Shown here: piece after piece, positions 57,833 to 64,000 of the stretch
Numbering within the stretch: the first letter of the stretch is position 1
Layout of the letters: the number at the start of each line of letters is the position of its first letter
Source: Blastocladiella emersonii ATCC 22665
Lineage: Eukaryota > Fungi > Blastocladiomycota
Length of the DNA: 64,000 nucleotides
Reading direction: 5' to 3'
Assembly: GCA_025594325.1 (NCBI GenBank)
Contig: JANHCV010000001.1
Span: 2,666,001-2,730,000, forward strand
The notes under the pieces: model-generated
The model's input: only the letters and a program-made list of their open reading frames with translations
Told to the model about the DNA's origin: nothing
The model's database searches: none
Position numbers and translations under genes: made by a program

Positions 57833-59772
57833 ATGAAAACCATTGCCGTCATGCACCACCCGCAGCCCATGATTGCGCCGGCCCCGCGCCAGGCGCTCGC
57901 GCCAATACGCGGCCGCGCACTCAACTCGCAGGCCCCGGCAAACGCCAACTTCCACGCGCCCATCCAGCACCGCGCTACGGCTGCGGGTAAGGCGACCGCG
58001 TCGCAGCCGCCAACGGTACTCTTGCCGGGATGCGAGCACAGGGGGCCGAATTCTGACCCGATAGAGTTGCTTGGTCGTAGAAACTGCGCCGCGTGACGCG
58101 CTCGTCGTCCATCTCGGGCGCGACGGTGCCGCTCGCCATGGGCGCCGTGCAGAAACGCGCGCCCGTGCCCGCCGTGCCGCCGCCGATTGTACGGCAACCG
58201 ACCCCACCCGGCGTCCTGCGCTCGCTGTCGGTCCCGCGCCAACCTCAACCGGCTCCCGCACCAACCGCCGTGACGCCGGGGTACGACACGACGGGCATGA
58301 CGACGTACTCGAGCCGCGCGCGGAGCGTCGGGCCCGCGACGACACGGACGTCGCGCACGGGGCGGCCGTCGGAGCGCGCGCTGCTGGATGACACGGCGTC
58401 GTTTGTCCAGCGCGCGCGTCGCTCGCTGTCGCGCCACCAGCAGGAGAAGCGCCGCCGGCTATCGGCCTCGGTTTCGTTTAACGGGAGCGGCAGCGAGAAC
58501 CACGCGCCCAAGCCGCACGAGCTCGAGATCGAGGCCGCGGGCCTGCTCCTGGCGCGCCCCGCGTCGCGCGGGCGAGACTCGCTCGAGGACGCCGCGGACC
58601 TCGAACAACCCGCGGCGAAACGCGCGCGCGACGCGCAGCTGGCCGACGCGCGGCAGGCGATCGTGCACCGGCTCTCGGTCTCGCGCAACGCCGTGCACCC
58701 GGACCCGGCGCCCGCCCCGACGCCCGACGTGGACCCGGCAGTACGGCTCGCGGCCTTCGACTACGTGTGGGCGGACCAGGCGGCGTCGCTGGCGTTCCAG
58801 CAATCGTCGCGCGACATGGCGGCCATGTACGCGCGCGAGGCCTCGCTCGCGCCGATCCACGACTACACGTGCGGCGGCAGCGGACCGCAGGCGTGGGCGT
58901 GGGCGATGCGGTCGCGCATGGTCGACTGGGCCGCGCAGGCCGCGCGGTACATGGGCGCCGACCACGGCGACGCGCCGGGCGCGGGCGACGCGCTGCACGT
59001 CGCGGTGCGGCTCGTCGACGAGCACCTCGCGCGCGAATCCGTCGCCGCACCGCTCCTCCCGCTCGTCGCCGCCGCCGCGCTGTGGATCGCCGCCAAGATG
59101 TACGCCCCGCGCGCACCCTCGGCCGCGTTCCTCGCCGACGACATGCTGGCGGGCTCCGGATGGACTGCCGCCGACGTGGCCGCCGCCGAGCGGCACCTCC
59201 TGCGCCGCGTGCGGTTCCACGCCGCACGGCCGGCGCCCGGCGCGTTCCTCGCGCACATTGCGACCGTCGACCGCCGCTCGCACGAGTCGGGGAGCGGGAT
59301 GACGGCCGCGGCGCGGATCGCCCTCGCGCGCTTCTTCCTCGACGCGGCGCTCGTCGAGCCCGGGTTCATCAACGTGCCCGCCTCGGCGCGCGCGTTCGCC
59401 GCGTACCTCGCGGCCGCCTTTGCCATCTCGGGCCGCCAGGTCGACAGCGGCAGCGGCGACGCCTCCACGCCGCCCGGACCCGACAGCCCTGCGTGGGCCA
59501 AGCTGTGGACCGCGCACCACGTCCGGTTCGCCAACGGGGCCACGGTCGAGGACCTCGTCCCGCTCGCCACGGAAATGTACCGCGCGGCGGCCGAGCGCGT
59601 CGTCAGCGAAGCCCCCGCGGTCGTTGCGCGGCACTCGGCCGTGGTCGTGGTGGGCGACGAGGAGGATGATTTGGATGAGGACGCGCGGAGGACCAGCGCC
59701 GAGATGCGCGCGCGCACGCAGGACGTGAGCGGGTGGTTTGCCCGGTGGGCGCAGATTCACCGGTACTGGTGA
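57833..59772 (+). CDS. Divergent A/B-type cyclin
   Basis: Intron 58016-58080. RQAL D-box-like motif. Cyclin box WAMRSRMVDW...ALHVAVRLVDEHL...LVAAAALWIAAKM...AAAERHLLRRVRF...PAPGAFL, and a second repeat ARFFLDAALVE. Confidence 0.8.
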
Positions 59773-60067
59773 AACGATGCGCTCGAAGACTACAGTATAA
59801 GCCGTTTGACTTTTTTCATACTCGCGTGGTCGTGGTCGCAGGGGGAAGCGGTGAGCAGCTATGGGTGGCGCAGCCGCAAGGTTGGGTAGGTGATGGCCCG
59901 CGTGATCGAGGTCGCGAGGGGCGACGAGCATGCCCACGCGGCCAAGTCTCGATTCAAAAGAGGGGCAAGGTGGGCCACATCAAGATGAGCAACGCGCTCG
60001 TTCGGTGCGAGTACAAGAAGCCGGAGCGCCCGCCTCTGCTCCGTGGCCCTGAACCTCAACAACAACC

Positions 60068-60599
60068 ATGACCGACCCCGCCCTGCTCACAGCGCCCGGC
60101 GTGGTCGGCGCGTCGGTCGAGTTCTTTCCCGTGGCGCAGCTGCAGCCGTTCGTCATCCGCCGCGGTCCAACGGTCCCGTAACGGCCAAGGGCGCACCGAC
60201 AGAGTGCACGCGTCCGATCAGCGCAACGCCGTCTGTGGCCATCGCGAACCAGACACAGGCCGAGTGCAGCGCGGCGTGCTACTCACAGCCGACGTGCATC
60301 GCGCTCACGCACTTCCCGACCACGCGGCGGTGCGAGCTGATCACAGTCGACCCGGAGCTAGCGCGCGCGGCGGGTTCCGCGCGCCCGGGATCGTCGCGTG
60401 GCGGACCAACGCAACGATTGATTCCGGCGGCGGGGCCGGGTCCGAGTCCAAACTGCTGGCGATGCAAAAGGATGCGCGCGAAGCGGCGCGCCGCCGAAGC
60501 GAGTCGGGAGACGCGGGAGCGAGCGCCGCCCGGTCCGAGGCGCAGATCGGGACCGCGGCCCTCGTCCTCGCGCCCATGATCGGAGGGATGGCGGTCTGA
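60068..60599 (+). pseudogene. Possible PAN/apple-domain protein disrupted by two frameshifts
   Basis: ECSAACYSQPTCIALTHFPTTRRCEL matches PAN Cys spacing. Flanking coding-like segments lie in the two other frames. Confidence 0.35.
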
Positions 60600-60884
60600 A
60601 TGCATGGGTTTCTTGTTGTCCACGTTGCGCCGAGTCGCGGCAGCACAATCGTACAGCGAATTCGCAGAGGGGGAGAGAGAAAGCAAAGTGCGAGGGGGGT
60701 CGGCGGCCGCAGCGGGCGGAACGAACGGCGCAACGGCAGCTCAGCTCAGGGTCGGAACCTTCATCTCTGTGCGCCCTCCTCGCGCTCTCTCTCCCCACCA
60801 TCTTCCTCGCGCCCTCCGATCCCACTCCTCCCCTCCAATCTTCCCCCGCGCGCGTCGCCGTCGCTTGCCATCGCCACCGCCAAG

Positions 60885-62897
60885 ATGTACCTCCCGCATC
60901 GCCATACCTACTACGAGCCGCACCACCCGCACGCCCACGCCCACGCCCACGCGCACCACGAGCCTGCGGCGACGTCGGTCCCGCCGCCGCCGCCTCCGTC
61001 CTACGCTGCGCCAGCAACCGCTGTGTGGTCGCCCGCTGCGCCGCACCCGGGTCCTGCCCCAGCGGCCCCGTCGGCGGCCGACTACTACGCCCCGCCGCCC
61101 GCGTCCGACCCCTACCACGCGCATCATCACCATCTGTACCAGCCGCCGCCGCCGCAGCAGCAGACGGCGTACCAGGACACGCACCACCAGCACCAGCAGC
61201 ACGCCGGGTACGGGTACGCGCCGGCCGCCTACTCGTCGACCTACCCAGCACCAGCTCCGAGTGTTAGCGCCGCGGCTGCGCCCTCCTCCTCGTCCTACGC
61301 GTACCCGGCGACGACCTCGTCGAGCGCCGCTGCTCCGCCGCCTTCGGGCTACTACGCCGCGGATCCCGTCGATCGGACGCCGGCGCCCTACTACGCGCCC
61401 CCGCCCCCGCCCCCGCCCCCGCAGCACCAGTACGCGCCCACGCCCGCACCGCAGCCGCAGCCGCCGCAAGACCACCAGTACTACCAGCTCGCGCCGCCGA
61501 CGCAGGCGCCCGTGTCTCAGCACCACCAGCACTACGAGCCAGCGGCGGCGCACGAGGTGGCCGCGGCGTCGGTGGTGGTGGCACCCCATGCGGCGGCCAC
61601 GCAGTCGTCGTTGAGTTCCGGTCCCGGTCCCAAGATCGCCGCTGCGCCATCTCCGCCGCCGCATGGACCCCTCCTGCCGCCCGTCGTGTCGTCCCTGAGG
61701 AACGCGCCCGCCGCCGTCCCCGCCACCATCTTCTACCCGACCGACGACGACGACCACGACCACGACCACGACCACGACGCGCCGTCACGCAAACGTCCGC
61801 GGCGCCGCACGCGTTCGCCCTCGCCCCTCCCTGCGCTGGCGACAGACCTGGAGCGCGTGCTGCACCGGGCGCACATTCCGCCGCACGCGGTGCTGCCGCT
61901 GCTCGCCGCCTTCTTCGAGCACCACCCGGACGCGTACGCGCGCGTGGCGCCGTCGCCCGCGGCACTCGCGCACGCCGACGCGGCGGCTGCGGCCTCGGGC
62001 CTCCCGACCCCGCCCGCATCGGCCCTCATCGACGACGCGATCCACCTGCTCGCCGTCCAGCGCGTGCGCGCCGCCGCGCTCTCCCTGATCCCGGACCGGT
62101 TCGACGCGATGCGCCGCGCGTCGCTCGCGGCGTCGCCGACTCCGCCGCTGAGTCCCGTTATCACGGCGGCGGCGGCGGGTGGTGGCCCGCACGAGGATGG
62201 GGATGATGAGGCCGACGAGGACGACGAGGAGGACAGCGAGGTCGATCTCGAGGGGCCGGGTACTGGCAACCAGCACGAGTATGGATACGGGTTCGAGTAC
62301 AGCACGACCCCGTACGGCTACGGCCACGGCGGGTACGCGTTCGGCCGCGACGGCAACGAGACGGTCCCGGCGTCCCCGGCGCTCAGCAGCGACGACGACC
62401 CGTACACGCGCCACTACGCGCGCCCCGCCACGGTGATCCGCACCACGGGCCGTATCGAGCCGACCCCGCCGCCCGTGTCGCCGCCCGTGCCCAAGTCGTC
62501 CAAGTCGTCGAGCACCACTGCGTCCGATCCGGCCGACAAAGACGGCGGCCCGATGCAGATCTCAAAGTACTGCCTGGCGCTGCGCGACCTGGCGCGCGAG
62601 CACGGGCCCGACATCTTCTACTCGTGCCTGCAGGTCGGCGAGTACCTGGCGAGCTTCGGGCCAGTGGTCGCGGGCGACGCGGCCGTCGCCGACGCGGGCC
62701 GCCGCGCCAAGGCCGTCCGCAAGCAGCTCGAGCGGCTCGTCGACCGCCCCGTCCCGCTCATCGAGAAGCGCAAGGAGTCGGGCAAGGTCGGGTACCGGTT
62801 CATTGGACCGCTCGACGACGCCGTGTTCGGCGAGTCGCTCGCTGCCCTCGCGGCCGCTGCGGCGGTGGACGGCGCGGCTGTCTCGGACGGCATGTAG
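60885..62897 (+). CDS. P/H/Y/Q-rich hypothetical protein with a compact C-terminal domain (possibly winged-helix)
   Basis: aagATG start MYLPHRH and a long low-complexity region. Globular segments at LERVLHRAHIPPHAVLPLLAAFF and ISKYCLALRDL...LERLV...GKVGYRFIG. Confidence 0.6.
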   Translation: MYLPHRHTYYEPHHPHAHAHAHAHHEPAATSVPPPPPPSYAAPATAVWSPAAPHPGPAPAAPSAADYYAPPPASDPYHAHHHHLYQPPPPQQQTAYQDTHHQHQQHAGYGYAPAAYSSTYPAPAPSVSAAAAPSSSSYAYPATTSSSAAAPPPSGYYAADPVDRTPAPYYAPPPPPPPPQHQYAPTPAPQPQPPQDHQYYQLAPPTQAPVSQHHQHYEPAAAHEVAAASVVVAPHAAATQSSLSSGPGPKIAAAPSPPPHGPLLPPVVSSLRNAPAAVPATIFYPTDDDDHDHDHDHDAPSRKRPRRRTRSPSPLPALATDLERVLHRAHIPPHAVLPLLAAFFEHHPDAYARVAPSPAALAHADAAAAASGLPTPPASALIDDAIHLLAVQRVRAAALSLIPDRFDAMRRASLAASPTPPLSPVITAAAAGGGPHEDGDDEADEDDEEDSEVDLEGPGTGNQHEYGYGFEYSTTPYGYGHGGYAFGRDGNETVPASPALSSDDDPYTRHYARPATVIRTTGRIEPTPPPVSPPVPKSSKSSSTTASDPADKDGGPMQISKYCLALRDLAREHGPDIFYSCLQVGEYLASFGPVVAGDAAVADAGRRAKAVRKQLERLVDRPVPLIEKRKESGKVGYRFIGPLDDAVFGESLAALAAAAAVDGAAVSDGM

Positions 62898-63105
62898 CGT
62901 GGTGTATCACGGATTAGTTTGCTCGATCATAAACCCATCAGCAGAGTTAGACTCGGAACTTGAAGCGCGCATGTGTCTCCCGCCCGCCACGCCTGCTGGC
63001 GCTGTGACGCGCTTCGCTTCAGCCGGGACGCGTCGTTCATCGCTCTCCCACCGCCGTATCGCAATGTATTAAACTCTCGCACACTGGCACACTACGCAAC
63101 ACTCA

Positions 63106-64000
63106 ATGCATCCAAAGACTCCACCCGTCGACGCCGACGACACGGACAACGCATCCGCGCCGCTGCTCGGGCCCCCGGCGCCCGCCCGCCCGCGCCATGG
63201 CACCGTGTCGACCATCGGCACCACGGCCACGGGCGCCACCTCCACCGCCGCGCCCACGGTCGCAACAACAGCCGCAGCGTCGAGCACGCTGCCCCGCAGC
63301 TCTACCGCCGCCTCCTCCTCCAAGAAGCTCGACACCGTCGCAGGCGTGTTCCTACCCGTCTTTCTCTCAATCTGGGGCCTGCAGTTCTATCTGCGCTTCG
63401 GCGTGATCCTCGGGTACGCGGGCGTGCTGGGCACGCTCGCGATGCTGGGCGCCGGGTACGCCGTGACGACGCTGACGACGCTGAGCGTGTCGGCCATCTC
63501 GACCAACGGCCGCGTGCGCGCCGGCGGCGCCTACTACATGATCTCGCGGTGCCTCGGTGCCGAGTTTGGCGGGTCGATTGGCGCCGTCTACTACGTCGGC
63601 AGCGTGCTGGGCGGCGCCATGAGCGCCGTCGGGTTCGTCGAGCCGCTGCTCGACACGTTTGGGGACGTCCTCCCCGACGACGGCTGGGCGCAGACGGGAT
63701 ACGCTACAGCCCTGCTCGCCGTCGCCACGCTGCTCAGTTTCGGCGGCGCGGCGTGGTTCGCGAAACTCAACAAGGCGCTGTTCGTCGTGCTCAACCTGAC
63801 GACGATCTCGGCGCTCGGCTCGCTGTTCCTGATCCCGCACGCCGCGGGCGGCGGCGGTACGGGTCCGTCGTGGGCCGTGCTCCGCGAGAACCTGTTCCCG
63901 ACCTTCACGGCGCCGCACACGGCGCACGCGCTGTTCGGCCTGCTGTTCCCGGCGTGCGCGGGGATCCTCGCGGGCGCGTCCATGTCGGGCGAGCTGCGCA
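63106..64000 (+). CDS. SLC12 cation-chloride cotransporter (Vhc1/SLC12A9-like), 3' truncated by window edge
   Basis: Absent from the ORF track because it runs off the end. Motifs KKLDTVAGVFLP..LSIWG...YLRFG.ILG.AG, SVSAISTNGRVRAGGAYYMISRCLGAEFGGSIG and FPACAGILAGASMSGEL. Confidence 0.92.
   Translation, partial: MHPKTPPVDADDTDNASAPLLGPPAPARPRHGTVSTIGTTATGATSTAAPTVATTAAASSTLPRSSTAASSSKKLDTVAGVFLPVFLSIWGLQFYLRFGVILGYAGVLGTLAMLGAGYAVTTLTTLSVSAISTNGRVRAGGAYYMISRCLGAEFGGSIGAVYYVGSVLGGAMSAVGFVEPLLDTFGDVLPDDGWAQTGYATALLAVATLLSFGGAAWFAKLNKALFVVLNLTTISALGSLFLIPHAAGGGGTGPSWAVLRENLFPTFTAPHTAHALFGLLFPACAGILAGASMSGELR

Overview
Gene-dense, GC-rich, intron-containing eukaryotic DNA. Introns are mostly ~60-100 nt (GTACGY/GTGCGT donors, CTRAC-like branch, YAG acceptor), and conserved genes use almost only C/G-ending codons. 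Fungal-type genes (MTC1, DCD1, APN1, NIF phosphatase) together with a flagellar IFT43-like gene, CMTR1, urocanate hydratase and a DNMT1-type methyltransferase point to a zoosporic early-diverging fungus, probably Blastocladiomycota (inference). I identify about 38 protein-coding loci; most long ORFs in the supplied track are antisense or off-frame shadows. The most unusual region is 42.4-45.2 kb. It holds three tandem orphan paralogs that share an unrecognised ~50-65 aa helical domain, the same micro-exon plus phase-1 intron structure, relaxed codon usage and a conserved upstream CRCGTGATG motif array. Other notable items are a multi-TM protein fused to an inactive E2-like (UEV) domain, a CMTR1 with a FUS/TAF15-like YDGGR region, a DNMT1 with a ~45-Asp tract and a start codon apparently split by an intron, and two frameshifted loci. 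All homology calls come from motif recognition by eye; no database searches were run.
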